In this document: in pieces, positions 25,822-40,526 of the stretch
Layout: each line of letters begins with the position of its first letter
How positions within the stretch are numbered: the stretch's first letter is position 1
Assembly: GCA_030390025.1 (NCBI GenBank)
Contig: CM059432.1
Coordinates: forward strand, 109,804,001 to 109,868,000
Reading direction: 5' to 3'
Source: Squalus acanthias
Taxonomy: Eukaryota
DNA length: 64,000 nucleotides
Notes under the pieces: generated by a model
Seen by the model: only the letters and a program-made list of their open reading frames with translations
The model's database searches: none
Told to the model about the DNA's origin: nothing
Program-made: the position numbers and the translations under genes

Positions 25822-28800
25822 AGTGGGGAGAGAGAACGGCCCAGACTCACCGGCGGCAGTAATCGAAGTGTGACGTCACCAGAAAGCAGGTAAGTGATTG
25901 GTTGGCGAGTATTTCTCTTCCTTGCTTTTTTCCAAAGTTAATTTTTGTGGTTTATAGTTTCTAGGGTCTCGTGTAGTGGGGAGTGCAAGTAAACAAAGGC
26001 CCTTGAGTATATCATTTAATTGTTGTGTAATTGGTGGTATTGATTTGATTTAATTTAATTTGAATTAATTAAAGGGTAAGTCATGGCAGCACAGCTCGGC
26101 CCTGTGGTATGCTCCTCCTGCACTATGTGGAAAATCAGGGACGAAGTGTCCCTGACGACCATGTGTGCGGGAAATGTATCCAGCTGCAGCTACTGACAGA
26201 CCACATTGCGGCGCTGGAGCTGCGAATGGATACATACTGGAGCATTCGCGATGCTGAGGACAGCGTGGATAGCACATTTAGGGAGTTGGTCACAATGCAG
26301 GTAAAGGCTGCACAGGCAGGAAGGGAATGGATGACCACCAGGCAAATTAGTAGGCGCAGGCAGGTAGTGCAGGGTCCCCTGTGGCCATCCCCCTCTCAAA
26401 CAGATATACCACTTTGGATATTGTTGAGGGAGATGGCTTATCGGGGGGAGGCAGCAGCAGCCAACTTCCTGGCACCATGGGTGATCCTGCTGCACAGGAC
26501 GGGAGGAAAAAGAACGGGAAAGCTATAGTGATGGGGGATTCTAGGGGAATAGATAGGCGTTTCTGCAGCCGCAAATGAGACTCCAGGATGGTATGTTGCC
26601 TCCCTGGTGCAAGGGTCAAGGATGTCTCGGGGCGGCTGCAGGGCATTCTGGAGGGGGAGGGTGAACAGCCAGTTGTCGTGGTGCATATAGGTACCAACGA
26701 TATAGGTAAAAAACGGGATGAGGTCCTAAAAGCTGAATATAGGGAGTTAGGAGGTAAATTTAAAAATAGGACCGCAAAAAGGTAGTCTCAGGATTGCTAC
26801 CAGTGCCACATGCTAGTCAGAGTAGAAATAGAAGGATATTTCAGATGAATACGTAGCTAGAGGAATGGTGCAAGGGGGAGGGATTCAAATTCCTGGGACA
26901 TTGGAACTGGTTCTGGGGGAGGTGGGACCAGTACAAACTGGACGGTTTACACCTGGGCAGGACCGGAACCGATGTCCTAGGGGGAGTGCTTGCTAGTGCT
27001 GTTGGGGAAGATTTAAACTAAAATGGCAGGGGGTTGGGAACCTGTGCAGGGAGACAGAGGAAAGGGAAGCAAGGATAGAAACAAAAGACAGGAAGGAGAA
27101 AAGCAAAAGTGGAAGGCAGAGAAATCAAGGGTGTAAATCAAACAGGGCCACAGTAAATAATAATTCTAAAAGGACTAAGTGTTAAAAAATTAAGCCTGAA
27201 GGCTTTGTGTCTTAATGTGAGGTGCATTCGTAATAAGGTGGATGAATTAGCTGCGCAAATAGATGTAAACGGATATGATATAATTGGGATTACGGAGACA
27301 TGGCTCCAGGGTGACCAAGATTGGGAATTCAACATCCAGGGGTATTCAATATTCAGGAAGGACAGGAAAAAAGGAAAAGGAGGTGGGGTACCATTGCTGG
27401 TTAAAGGGGAGATTAATATTAAGGAAGGATATTACCTCTGATGATGTGGAATCTGTATGGGCAGAGCTGAGAAATACAAAGGGGCAGAAAACATTAGTGG
27501 GAGTTGTATACAGACCTCCAAACAGTAATGCTGAGGTTGGGGATGGCATTAAACGGGAAATTAGAGACACGTGCAATAAGGGCACAGCAGTTATCATGGG
27601 TGACTAATCTACATATAGATTGGGCTAATCAAATTAGTAACAATACTGTGGAGGAGGAATTCCTAGAGTGTATACGGGATGGTTTCCTGGACCAATATGT
27701 CGAGGAACCAACTAGAGATCAGGCCATCTTAGACTGGGTATTATGTAATGAGAAAGGATTAATTAGCAATCTTGTTGTGCGAGGCCCCTTGGGGCGGAGC
27801 GATCATAATATGATAGAATTCTTCAGAGTGAAGTAGTTGACTCAGAGACTAGGGTCCTGAATTTAAATAAAGGAAACTATGATGGTATGAGGCACGAGTT
27901 GGCTAGGATGGATTGAGGAACGTTACTTAAAGGGTTGATGGTGGATAGGCAATGGCAAACATTTAAAGATCGCATGGATAAACTACAGAATTTGTTCATC
28001 CCTGTTTGGCATAAAAATAAAACAAAAAAAGTGACACAACCGTGGCTAACAAGGGAAATTAGGGATAGCATAAGATCCAAGGAGAGGACATATAATTTGG
28101 CTAGAAAAAGCAGCAAACCTGAGGATTGGGAGCAGTTTAGGATTCAGCAAAGGAGGACAAAGGGATTAATTAAGAGGGGGAAATAGAGTATGAGAGTAAG
28201 CTTGCAGGGAACATGAAAACTGACTGCAAAAGCTTCTATAGATATGTGAAGAGAAAAAGATTGGTGAAGTCAAGCATAGGTCCCTTGGTCAGAATCAGGG
28301 GAATTTATAATGGGGAACAAAGAAATGGCAGACCAATTAAATACATACTTTGGTTCTGTCTTCACAAAGGAGGACACAAATAATCTCCCAGAGATGTCGT
28401 GGAACATAGGGTCTAATGAGAGGGAGGAATTGAATGAAATCAGTATTTGTAGGGAAATGGGGTTAGGGAAATTGACGGGATTGAAGGCCGATAAATCCCC
28501 AGGGCCTGATAATCTACATCCTAGGGTACTTAAGGAAGTGGCCCTAGAAATAGTAGATGCATTGCTGGTCATCTTCCAAAATTCTATAGACTCTGGAACA
28601 GTTCCCATGAATTGGAGGATAGCTAATGTAACCCCACTATTTAAAAAAGGTGGTAGAGAGAAAACAGGGAATTATAGACCTGACATCGGTAGTGGGGAAA
28701 ATGCTAGAGTCCATTATAAAAGATGTAATAGCAGAGCACTTTGAAAACAGTGACAGGATCGGACAAAGTCAACATGGATTGACAAAAGGTAAATCATGCT

Positions 28801-30090
28801 TGACTAATCTACTGGAATTTTTTGAGGATGTAACTCGTAGAATAGATAAGGGAGAACCAGCGGATGTGCTGTATTTGGACTTTCAGAAGGCTTTCGATAA
28901 GGTCCCGCATAAGAGATTAGCGTGCAAAGTTAAAGCACATGGGATTGGGGGTAAGGTACTGTCTTGGATAGAGAACTGGTTGGCAGACAGGAAGCAAAGA
29001 GTTGGAATAAACGGGTCTTTTTGAGTGGCAGGCAGTGACTAGTGGGGTACCGCAGGGATCGGTGCTAGGACACCAGCTATTCACTAAATAAATAAATAAA
29101 TATTATATATATATATATACACATACACACACACAATCTAGATGAGGGAACTAGATGTAATATCTCCAAGTTTGCAGATGACACAATGCTGGGTGGGCGT
29201 GTGTGCTGTGAGGAGGATGCAGAGAAACTCCAGTATGATTTGGACAGGTTGGGTGATTATACTGCATTTGCTATGCATCTGCCCAATGTGGATAAATGCG
29301 AGGTTATCCACTTCAGTGGCAAAACCGAGAAGACAGATTATCTGAACGGAAATAGATTGGGAAAAGGGGAAGTGCAACGAGACCTGGGTGTCCTTGTGCA
29401 CCAGTCGCTGAAGGTAAGCATGCAGGTGCAGCAGGCGGTTAAGGCGGCAAATGGTATGTCGGCCTTCATAGCGAGAGGATTAGAGTACAGGAGCAAGGAT
29501 GTCTTGCTGCAGTTGTACAGGGCCTTGGTGAGACCCTGCCTTGAGTTGTGTGTGCAGTTTTGGTCGCCTTATCTGAGGAAGGATGTTCTTGCCATGGAAG
29601 GAGTGCAGCGAAGATTCACCAGGCTGATACCTGGGATGGCAGGAATGACGTATGAGGAGAGATTGGGTCGATTAGGCTTATACTCGCTAGAGTTTAGAAG
29701 AATGAGAGGGGATCTCATTGAAACTTATAAAATTCTAACAGGACTAGACAGACTAGATGCAGGAAGGATGTGCCTGATGGTGGGGGAGTCCAGAACCAGG
29801 GGTCACAGTCTAAGGATAAGGGGTAAGCCATTTAGGGCTGAGATGAGGAGGAATGTCTTCACCCAGAGAGTGGTGAACCTGTGGAATTCTCTACCACACA
29901 AGGCAGTTGAGGCCAATTCATTAAATATATTCAAGAATGAATTAGATATATTTCTTAAGGCTAAAGGGATCAAGGGATATGGGGAGAAAGCAGGGACAGG
30001 GTACTGAATTTGGATGATCAGCCATGATCTCATTAAATGGCAGAACAGGGTTGAGGGGCCGAATGGCCTACTGCTGCTCCTATCTATGAT
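25822..30090 (+). mobile_element. Full-length degenerate CR1 LINE with 5' UTR, copy 1
   Basis: 5' UTR, ORF1 ATG at 26083 (CSSC...CGKC, esterase), ORF2 endonuclease + RT with many frameshifts, internal microsatellite at 29085-29135, 3' UTR. Confidence 0.95.
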
Positions 30091-30355
30091 CCTATTCTCT
30101 TTACATTACTTTCCAATACATCCTGAAAGAAATCAGAGCCCATAATTATCCTAAATGTACTCATCCTTCAGCTGCATTATATTTAAATGCAATGATTTTA
30201 AAGGTACATATTTTCAGATGAGCAGATTGGACATTGTAAAGCATTAGCAGAAGCTCTGCAGGCTTAGCAGTTAGACTAGAATACATTGTACATAAATTCT
30301 ACCAGCACTTGGCAATGCTATGGCCAGAGTACATTGTAAAGCTTTGATATATGCG

Positions 30356-30699
30356 GGCAACACGGTGGCATAGTGGTTAGCACAGTTGCCTCACAGCGCC
30401 AGGGACCCGGATTCGAATCCGGCCATGGGTGACTGTCTGTGTGGAGTTTGCACATTCTCCCCGTGTCTGCGTGGGTTTCCTCCGGGTGCTCTGGTTTCCT
30501 CCCAGAGTCCAAAGATGTGCGGGTTAGGTTGATTTGGCCATGATAAATTGACCCTTAGTGTTAGGGGGATTAAATTGATCCTTAGTGTTAGGGAGATTAA
30601 ATACGTGGGGTTACGGGGATAGGGTGGGATATGTGTCGGTGCAGGCTCGATGGGCCGAAATGGCCTCTATCTGCACTGTGGGGATTCTGTGATTCTGTG
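30356..30699 (+). mobile_element. tRNA-derived SINE (HE1-like), copy 1
   Basis: A box TGGCATAGTGG, B box GATTCGAATCC, central TGTGTGGAGTTTGCACATTCTCCCCGTG domain, CR1-like 3' end and (ATTCTGTG)n tail. Confidence 0.85.
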
Positions 30700-31489
30700 C
30701 TATAACTAGCGTAGCCTTACAATGCAGAGTATGGTGTTCAATTTTGCCTATAAACCATTAAAAAAATAAACTGCATTAAGAGGGCAACAAGGCTGATCTC
30801 AAGTATAAAGGGGGAGAATTATGAGGAAAGATTAGAGAAGCTTAAGGGGTGGAACCTCATCAAGTTAGAGGAATTAAATGGTGGACGATAAGGGAATCCC
30901 GATTGTATTTTAAATAACCCTAATGCTTTGCCCCAATTACCTCACCTAGTTGATTATTCCAAATTTACTTTTCACAAACTCTCCTAGTTTAACTTTTTTG
31001 GTGCATTTCTAAGTGATAAATGGGCATTTACCTACTTACCTGGACATTTGAAAAGGGATACATCTCCAATTAGTTCCAGGTCTCTCCACTCAATTCCATT
31101 CATGATGTACATTTTTCTTGACCCATGTACAAGATTTCAAATTTGCGGGCATAAAGTTTATTCTGCCATGAATCTGCCAAAAACCAAATCATCTGCTGCA
31201 GCTTCAGCCTCTCCCTGTTTGCAAATGCAACTAGGTTACAATTGGTTTTGTTATTAATTAGATTGGAATCAGCTACAGCACTCAAAGTACATTTACTGAA
31301 AGATTAGATTTTCACCATGTAGAAATTATTTAAAATGAGACATACGCTTTGCATTGAAAACTTACACATTTCAGGGTACCTACTTCATGGATAAATCATT
31401 CTTACAGTAAACCACCAATTAGCATTTCAAAAAGTACAGGAAATTGCCACGGCTATTGTTTTAAAAACATACATGCAAGAACTGAAAGA

Positions 31490-31860
31490 CTTGTATTTCT
31501 ATAGCGCCTTTCACGACCTCAGGACATCCCGAAGCATTGTATAGCCAATGAAGAAGTATTTTTTTAAAAATAGGAAGAGCATGGTCACTGCTGTAATGCA
31601 AGAAACACAGCAGACAATTTGTGCACTGCAAGATCCCACAAACAGCAATGTGATAATGACCAGACAATCTGCCTTAGTGATGTTGGTTGAGGGTTAAATA
31701 TTGGCCAGGACACAGGAGAATGCCCCTGCTCTTAAGTGTGCCGTGGGACATTTTTGTCCACCTGAGGGGGCATTTGGAGCCTAATGTCTCATCCGAAAGA
31801 CAGCACCTCAGACAGTGCAGCACTGTTAGTACTGCACTGAAGTGTCAGGGAGTGGAACTC
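31490..31860 (-). mobile_element. Deu-domain SINE (SacSINE1/AmnSINE1-like) remnant, copy 1
   Basis: TATAGCGCCTTTCACGACCTCAGGACATCCC...CTCATCCGAAAGACAGCACCTCAGACAGTGCAGCAC...ACTGCACTGAAGTGTCAG; family assignment from recall. Confidence 0.6.
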
Positions 31861-32562
31861 TGGTTTCTTAAAGTTAATATTCCTGCCATAGGCAGTTTTT
31901 TAAAAGGAGGATATTTTGTGGTGGCAAGTTTGAACGTTCAGATATTTTGTTCATAGGATGTCAAAAAAGTGTTGCTGCATAGTAAATAGAAGTTTAACCT
32001 ACAATACAAAATGCTGTAAAAATGTTATTTTATTTTTTTAATGGTTCAACATACAATTAAAATGTTCTTCGAGCAAGGGCATCAGCCTTTAACACTTCAG
32101 TGTTTTTCAGCTTCATAACACCACAATACCCAAGCTACAACATTTACTGCAAGTCTAATGTTAGTGGTTAGAATCACTTTCATTTTCTTACAATTCGCAC
32201 TGCCATACAAATTTCATAGCTCTGCACTACCCACACAAAAACCGGAGTGTCCAAACAAGGTTTATATTTTGCAGCAATTCTTCATAGTATCCCTCAATTC
32301 TACAGTGCAAATAACCCCTACTTTGAAATACACATTAAACATTTAAAACACATGACAAAAGGCAAATACATCTAAATAAAAGGACAGAACAAATGATATA
32401 CATTCTAGGTTCCCAGCATTCCAGATTTAGTGACATCGTCCTGATGTTCCTGGTTGAAAATGTAAAGAATTCAACTGCAGTTTTATTAAGTCTTATCTTA
32501 ACTGCAATTTCTTTTATCAGTAAACTTCAGCCAATAGAAAGTGAGTAGAGTGGACTGGATGC

Positions 32563-32569
32563 CGGGGGT

Positions 32570-32608
<39 letters not shown>
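32563..32608. repeat. Poly-G tract (much shorter in copy 2 at ~61483-61508)
   Basis: Direct observation. Confidence 0.95.
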
Positions 32609-32609
<1 letters not shown>

Positions 32610-33287
32610 AGCTTCTGAACCAAGCATGCCAATCTTCATTCTTCCATTTCCCCATCAGTCTCTCTGCAGGGCCTGGGGACCAATATGAACGACAAAATAT
32701 TTTTTTATTTTTACAAAAAACAAGATGTATAACTGCTATTTGAACCAAAATGCATAATTCAATTCTGAAGATGGTAGCCCCAAATATCAAGACAACTGAA
32801 TTGTGTTCTGGGCCATTAGGCCCAAAAATATGGCACGTTTTACAGGATTGTAAGTTCTTTTAGCAGTTATCATCTGCATAATTCATTTGCCGCACTCCTG
32901 ATGGATGCAACCTGTAAAGATTTTAAATAAGGCATATTCAGATAAGTTTTTATTTACAAGTTTTACACTGCTTTTCTACAGTACAGCCCAGCTTGATTAT
33001 ATGCGTGTGTATCTGCTATTGCGCATTAGTGACTCATTTGAAAAGCCAGAATCTGCCTCAAAATGTCACTTAAAATTACTTTGATATGACAAGTACAGTG
33101 AAATCCACATACATGCAATTCTAGCAAGTTAGATAACAGAAAACATTAAGAGTCCCAGTTTGTCCCTAACTTAGATGTAACAGGTTTGATTGTTCAAAGT
33201 AACTCATGTTCATCCCAAGTTATCGTAATGACAGGATTCCCATGCTGTGACAGAGCACACCTTCAGTTTTCTCATTCGTATACACAG

Positions 33288-33460
33288 ATTAATTTTAACC
33301 CAACTCGCCAGGTGGGAAACCCATGGGATCGGATGGAACGCCAGTTTTACACCCCACCCAATATTACTCTCCAATGACCTCAATTGGGCAGGGTGTAAAA
33401 CCAACGTTGCACCCGATCCAGCAAGTTTCCCGATGAACGGGTTAGGTTACAATTGCCCCG
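33288..33460. mobile_element. Decayed palindromic MITE-like element
   Basis: Arms GGATCGGATGGAACGCCAGTTTTACACCC / GGGTGTAAAACCAACGTTGCACCCGATCC; outer AATTTTAACC / GGTTACAATT. Confidence 0.6.
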
Positions 33461-34980
33461 AGAGTCTGCCTTGTATGGGTTGTCACAGCAGGTGCAAGCT
33501 TCCCAAGAGGCCATATATAGCAAGGAGCTCAATGAAATCAAACTCCAGTATGATCAATTCCCATTGGTGACTAAAGGAGAAAACTAAAATCAATTCACTA
33601 GTGCAGATATAATGTACAACTCCATTCGCAGTTTAAAAAATTGGAGACCATAATTTAAGCCCAGGCATTTGTAACATCAAGTTTCCCATCTTCTCTCAAT
33701 ACCAAAACAACAGTTTTATTAAATTCCAGGGGGCTCAATAACTAAGTCAAGTCTTCAATTTGCTAACAGCAAAACAAAAACATTGACTACTGCTTCAATA
33801 ACCCAATGCTTAGTCATACAAGTGAAATTTCTCAAGAACACGAGAATGCCAGTTTTTCTCCAATTAACATGTTAACAAAATCACACTTCAACAGACGCGT
33901 TCCTGATATTTTGTTGTCATTAATTACGGCGAGAAAAGGGGCAATATCCCTTTTATCGTTGAGGAATTTTAGGCCCAATGATTTAATGACCTTTTACTCC
34001 GACTATCAACTCATGTTTGGAATTGCCGTAGAATACTGTACAAGGAAACTAAGATAACTTATGCATGTGCAGATTTTTCCTATTAATTTCAATGGTGCCA
34101 AGTGTCAGTGAGATATTGGGATTTAAAAAAAAAAGCTGCTGTGCACTCTACTGATGAAAGCATAATTTTGTCTTCTAACCTTTATCATTAGAAACCCCTA
34201 GCTCCAACTTAATAGCCTCAATGGATTACTAGCACATCCATAAAAGGCAAAACAAATGCCAAGTGTCCAAAGTGTAGCCTCCAATAAACCAACTAAGCTT
34301 ATTAACCACTATGCACCAGGTTTTGTCTCAGCTTGCAACAGCTTAAAAGTGAATTCTTGATGAATGCAATTGTTAACAGCAAGTGTTTTTGGTTAGAAAA
34401 TTCAACGGTGAAAAACCAGCGTTATCAATTGAACTTATTAAAAAAAACCTGATGTCTACTTGTAACAGCAAACACACAGATCTGGCAAGATCAAGTTCCG
34501 CTTAATAGCAACTATTCTCTCCCAAATAGCAGCGCTCAAGTCTCAGTTGTACCAGAGGAAATTAAAAAAAATGTTGTATAGAATCTACAAATCCAGATAG
34601 TTCGGACTCAATGTGATTTAAGAAAGTGCTTTGCCTCGTGAGAGAAGTGAGTCACCACTTTTCATTTTGTAATTTAAATGACTGAACTGATTAACCATCC
34701 CTAGACAAGACCCACCCAGACAAAGAAACCTTTCCAATGGTATTTTGTAAAAACAAATATGAACCTGAAGCCCAGATATCAATTGACATCTCACAAAAAG
34801 AAGTGCTTTGGATTGACATTAAACCTCCTGATCAATTGTGTCCTAAAGTTGGCTCCAATTCATGCTTTCTGAAACCTGAATATGTAAGACATGTACCTTC
34901 AATTACTCTGAAGGAACAGCAAATGAAATGAGATACTTAGTATGTTTAGACTTCTAAAATGGTTTAGTCTGCAGAGTTTA

Positions 34981-35133
<153 letters not shown>

Positions 35134-35794
35134 CTACACATTCCACGCAGGAGTCAACACAGAGTAGGCTAAAACATTGAAGTTGTGACTCTTGGAACAA
35201 TAGAGGTTGCATTAAATAGGGAAATATTTGAGGGAGTCCTGCACTGCTCAAGCAGAAATCTTTGACAGTACACCACATGGCACACATGCCAGGAAGAATT
35301 ATAGCTCAAACACATCATGGTATTTTCCATGTTTTTGCTTGCTAAGATGTAAAGCACATATTTGGGCAGCATAGTGGGCATGTGCCAAGATAGTCACATC
35401 CATGATTCCTCAGCTGGCAAATTCAGATTTCAGGAGTGCCATTGGGAGGGGCACTGAACAAAGGCTAGGCACAAGGGAGAAAAGCTGGCCGATGAAACAT
35501 CTTGGGACCTTTTCTATGTTAAAGGCAAGTGGTAGTTATTGTTCAGTAATCCTAAACTGCTTCTACAGATGTCTAAGCAACTGAGTAAAGAATGGCACAG
35601 TAGAAACTTAGACCAGGTCAAATGCATATCATTTTTGACCACAGTCATGGGAAGGGAATACTAAAAAAAAGTTTACAAACATTACATTAATTATTATAGG
35701 GATGGGCAATAAATGCTGGCCTTGCCAGTGACACCTGCATCTCATGAATGAATAAATTAAAAAACAGCTCTTGGCAGTCTCTAGATCAGGTGCA

Positions 35795-35935
35795 GATGTC
35801 TTTTTAAATAGGGATATGGGGAGAAAGCAGGGACAGGGTACTGAATTTTGATGATCAACCATGATCGCATTGAATGGCGGAGCAAACTCCAGGGGCCGAG
35901 TGGCCTGCTCCTGCTCCTATCTTCTATGTTTCTAA
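35795..35935 (+). mobile_element. Short CR1 3' end
   Basis: GGGATATGGGGAGAAAGCAGG...CTCCTATCTTCTATGTTTCTA. Confidence 0.8.
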
Positions 35936-36213
35936 ATCATTAATGCCAAAAATAGGTTAAGGAAACCAGCATTGTTAGTAGGCAAAATTATTTTTCACAT
36001 TTCAAATGGGAGGTGGTGTAGAAGTGGGTCTTTTTCTTTGCGGGGGAGGGGGCCGGAAGAGAAGAAATAGAACGAGAGAAGAATTGCAACGTCAGGCAAG
36101 CTGTATGCAAATCAGTGTGGGCAGCAAAATGGCCATCATTGCATCCAGGAACTCAAGGTTTAAGGCACTAATATTCCATTTGTGAGCCACATAAAACAAA
36201 TGTATGATTGTTA

Positions 36214-39200
36214 ACATAGAACATAGAACATAGAACAGTACAGCACAGTACAGGCCCTTCGGCCCTCGATGTTGTGCCGAGCATTGTCCGAGACCAAGAT
36301 CAAGCTATCACACTCCCTATCACTCTGGTGTGCTCCATGTGCTTATCCAATAACCGCTTGAAAGTTCCTAAAGTGTCCGACTCCACTATCACAGCAGGCA
36401 GGCCATTCCACACCCCAACCACTCTCTGAGTAAAGAATCTACCTCGGACATCCCTTCTATATCTCCCCCCATGCACCTTATAGTTATGCCCCCTTGTAAC
36501 AGCTGCCTCTACCCGAGGAAATAGTCTCTGAACATCCACTCTTTCTATCCCCCTCATCATCTTATAAACCTCTATTAAGTCGCCTCTCATCCTCCTCCGC
36601 TCTAAAGAGAAAAGCCCCAACTCCCTCAATCTTTCCTCATAAGACCTCCCCCCCAAACCAGGCAGCATCCTGGTAAATCTCCTTTGCACTCTTTCCAATG
36701 CTTCCACGTCCTTCCTATAGTGAGGTGACCAGAACTGCACACAATATTCCAAATGTGGTCTCACCAAGGTCCTGTACAGTTGCAGCATAACCTCACGGTT
36801 CTTAAACTCAAACCCTCTGTTAATAAACGCCAACACACCATAGGCCTTCTTTACTGCTCTATCCACTTGAGTGGCAACCTTCAGAGATCTGTGGATATGA
36901 ACCCCCAGATCCCTCTGCTCCTCCACGTTCCTCAGAACCCTGCCGTTGACCCTGTAATCCTTATTCAAATTTGCCCTACCAAAATGAATCACCTCGCACT
37001 TATCAGGGTTAAATTCCATCTGCCATTTTTCGGCCCAGCTCTGCATCCTATCAATGTCTCTTTGCAGCCTACAACTGCCCTCCACCTCATCCACTACTCC
37101 ACCAATCTTGGTGTCATCAGCAAATTTACTGATCCACCCTTCAGTCCCCTCCTCCAAGTCATTGATAAAAATCACAAACAGCAGAGGACCCAGCACCGAC
37201 CCCTGTGGCACACCGCTGGTAACTGGTCTCCAGTCCGAAAATGTTCCATCCACCACCACCCTCTGCCTTCTATGAGATAGCCAGTTACTTATCCAATCGG
37301 CCAAATTTCCCTCTATCCCACAACTCCTTACTTTCTTCATGAGACGACCATGGGGAACCTTATCAAACGCCTTACTAAAATCCATGTATACGACATCAAC
37401 TGCTCTACCTTCATCCACACACTTAGTTACCTCCTCAAAGAATTCAATCAAATTTGTTAGGCAAGACTTACCCTTCACAAATCCGTGTTGACTATCCCTG
37501 ATTAAGTTGCCCCTTTCCAAATGGTCATAAATCCTATCCCTCAGGACCTTTTCCATTATCTTACCAACCACCGAAGTAAGACTAACCGGCCTATAATTAC
37601 CAGGGTCATTCCTATTTCCTTTCTTGAAGAGAGGAACAACATTCGCCACTCTCCAGTCCTCTGGCACCATCCCCGTGGACAGTGAGGACCCAAAGATCAA
37701 AGCCAGAGGCTCTGCAATCTCCTCCCTTGCCTCCCAAAGAATCCTAGGATATATCCCATCTGGCCCAGGGGACTTATCGACCCTCAGGTTCTTCAAAATT
37801 GCTAAAACATCTTCCCTCAGAACATCTACCACCTCCAGCCTATCCACCTTTATCACACTCTCATCCTCAAGAACATGGCCCCTCTCCTCGGTAAACACTG
37901 ACGAAAAGTATTCATTCATCACCTCTCCTATCTCTTCTGACTCCATGCACAAGTTCCCACTACTGTCCTTGACCGGCCCTACCCTCACCCTGGTCATTCT
38001 CTTATTTCTCACATAAGAGTAAAAAGCCTTGGGGTTTTTCTTGATCCGACCCGCCAAGGACTTCTCATGCCCCCTCCTAGCTCTCCTAAGCTCTTTTTTT
38101 AGCTCATTCCTTGCTACCTTGTACCCCTCAATCGACCCAACTGAACCTTGTTTTCTCATCCTTACATACGCTTCCTTTTTCCTCTTGACTAGACATTCAA
38201 CCTCTTTTGTGAACCATGGTTCTCTCACTCGGCCATTTCCTCCCTGCCTGACAGGGACATACCTATCAAGGACACGCAGTAATTGCTCCATGAAAAACTC
38301 CACTTTTCGTTTGTGCCTTTCCCTGATAGTTTCTGTTCCCATCTTATACTCCCTAATTCTTGCCTAATCGCATCATAATTACCCCTCCCCCAATTATAAA
38401 CCCTGCCCTGCCGTATGGCCCTATCCCTCTCCATTGTAATAGTGAAAGTTACCGAATTGTGGTCACTATCTCCAAAGTGCTCTCCCACATACAAATCAAA
38501 CACTTGGCCCGGTTCATTACCCAGTACCAAATCCAACGTGGCCCCAGCTCTTGTCGGCCTATCCACATATTGTGTCAGGAAACCCTCCTGCACACACTGT
38601 GCAAAAACTATCCCATCCGAACTGTTTGACCTATAAAGGTTCCAATCAATATTTGGAAAGTTGAAGTCACCCATGACAACTATTCTGTGACCTCCACACC
38701 TATTCATAATCTGCTTTGCAATTTCTTCCTCCACATCTTTATTACTATTTGGGGGCCTGTAGAAAACTCCTAACAACGTGACCGCTCCTTTCCTATTTCT
38801 AACTTCAGCCCATATTACCTCAGATGGCAGATCCCCCTCGAACTGCCTTTCTGCCGCTGTTAAACTATCCTTGATTAACAATGCTACTCCTCCACCTTTC
38901 TTACCAACTTCCCTACTCTTACTGAAACATCTATACCCCGGAACTTCCAACAACCATTCCTGTCCCTGTTCTAACCATGTCTCCGTAATGGCCACCACAT
39001 CGTAGTCCCAAGTACCAATCCACGCTCCAAGTTCTCCTACCTTATTCCGGATGCTCCTTGCATTGAAGTAGACACACTTCAAGCCATCTTCCTGTCTGCC
39101 GGTACATTCCTGCGACCTTGATACCCTCCTCAGTACCTCCCTACACTCACCACTGGCTCGTGGACTACAGCCCTTTTTCCCATCCCCCTGACAAATTAGT

Positions 39201-39799
39201 TTAAACCCCCCCGAAGAGCCGTAGCAAATTTCCCTCCCAGGATATTGGTGCCCCTCTGGTTCAGGTGCAAACCGTCCTGTTTGTACAGGTCCCACCTTCC
39301 CCAGAATGTGCTCCAATTATCCACATAACTGAAACCCTCCCCCCTACACCATCCCTGCAGCCACGTGTTTATCTGCACTCTCTCCCTGTTCCTCAACTCG
39401 CTAGCACGTGGCACCGGCAACAAACCAGAAATTACAACATGGTTTGTACTGGCTCTCAGCTTCCAACCTAGCTCCCTAAATTCCTGTTTTAAATCCCCGT
39501 CCCTTCTCCTACCTATGTCGTTGGTACCGATGTGTACCACGACTTGTGATTGTTCCCCTTCCCCTTTGAGGATTCTGAAAACACGGTCCGAGACGTCACG
39601 GACCCTGGCACCCGGGAGGCAACATACCATCCGTGAGTCTCTTTTGCTGCCACAGAACCTCCTATCTGTCCCTCTGACTATTGAGTCCCCAATAACTATT
39701 GCTCTCCTGCTCTCCCCCCCTTCCCTTCTGAGCCACAGGGACGGACCCAGCGCCAGAGATCCGGTCACCGTGGCTTACCACTGGTAAGTCGTCCCCCTC
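36214..39799 (-). mobile_element. CR1-A, copy 2
   Basis: Near-identical to 7288-10867 including the frameshift; different tail ((ACATAGA)n) and different left flank. Confidence 0.95.
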
Positions 39800-40196
39800 T
39801 TTTGTAAATTTTCCCTGGCATTTGGTGCCAGTACAGATCTCCTCCAGCAGTGCATAGGATGTCTCAACGGCAAAAAAATGTCCTATATCCAATCAACAGC
39901 CCCAGTCAACATTACGATTCCTCTCCTCTCTTCAGCAAAAAAAAACACAACTACACTAGGTGAAGACTTTAAATCCAAAAATGTGAACTTATTTGGTCAA
40001 TAGGGAATAGCATATTGGTTATATCCAATTTAGAAAAGTCCCATCCTATACCCATTTATTTTGGTTTGGCACAAAATGGCATATTACTTTGAACCAGAAT
40101 TTCATTGCATTCCAATGACAGACATTCCTATGTGAATAAGATAGTCAAAACCGCTACCAGTCTATGCAGAAAATTTCACAAAAAGGACTTTAATTA

Positions 40197-40526
<330 letters not shown>

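Noticed and set aside
30356..30430. tRNA gene
   Set aside because: The A/B boxes belong to the head of a SINE that continues into SINE body and tail
31040..31214. 175-nt minus-strand segment with a plausible acceptor and perfect CAG|GTAAGT donor, same length as RALA exon 4
   Set aside because: The frames I read contain stops, and the best one (ADSWQNKLYARKFEILYMG) looks like decayed CR1 RT; at most a cryptic non-coding exon
32527..32790. Poly-proline ORF
   Set aside because: Product of a poly-G tract whose length differs between the two copies
32860..32930. Acceptor-like TCTTTACAG|GTT on the minus strand, candidate extra RALA exon
   Set aside because: All three frames stop within ~50 nt and none resembles RalA
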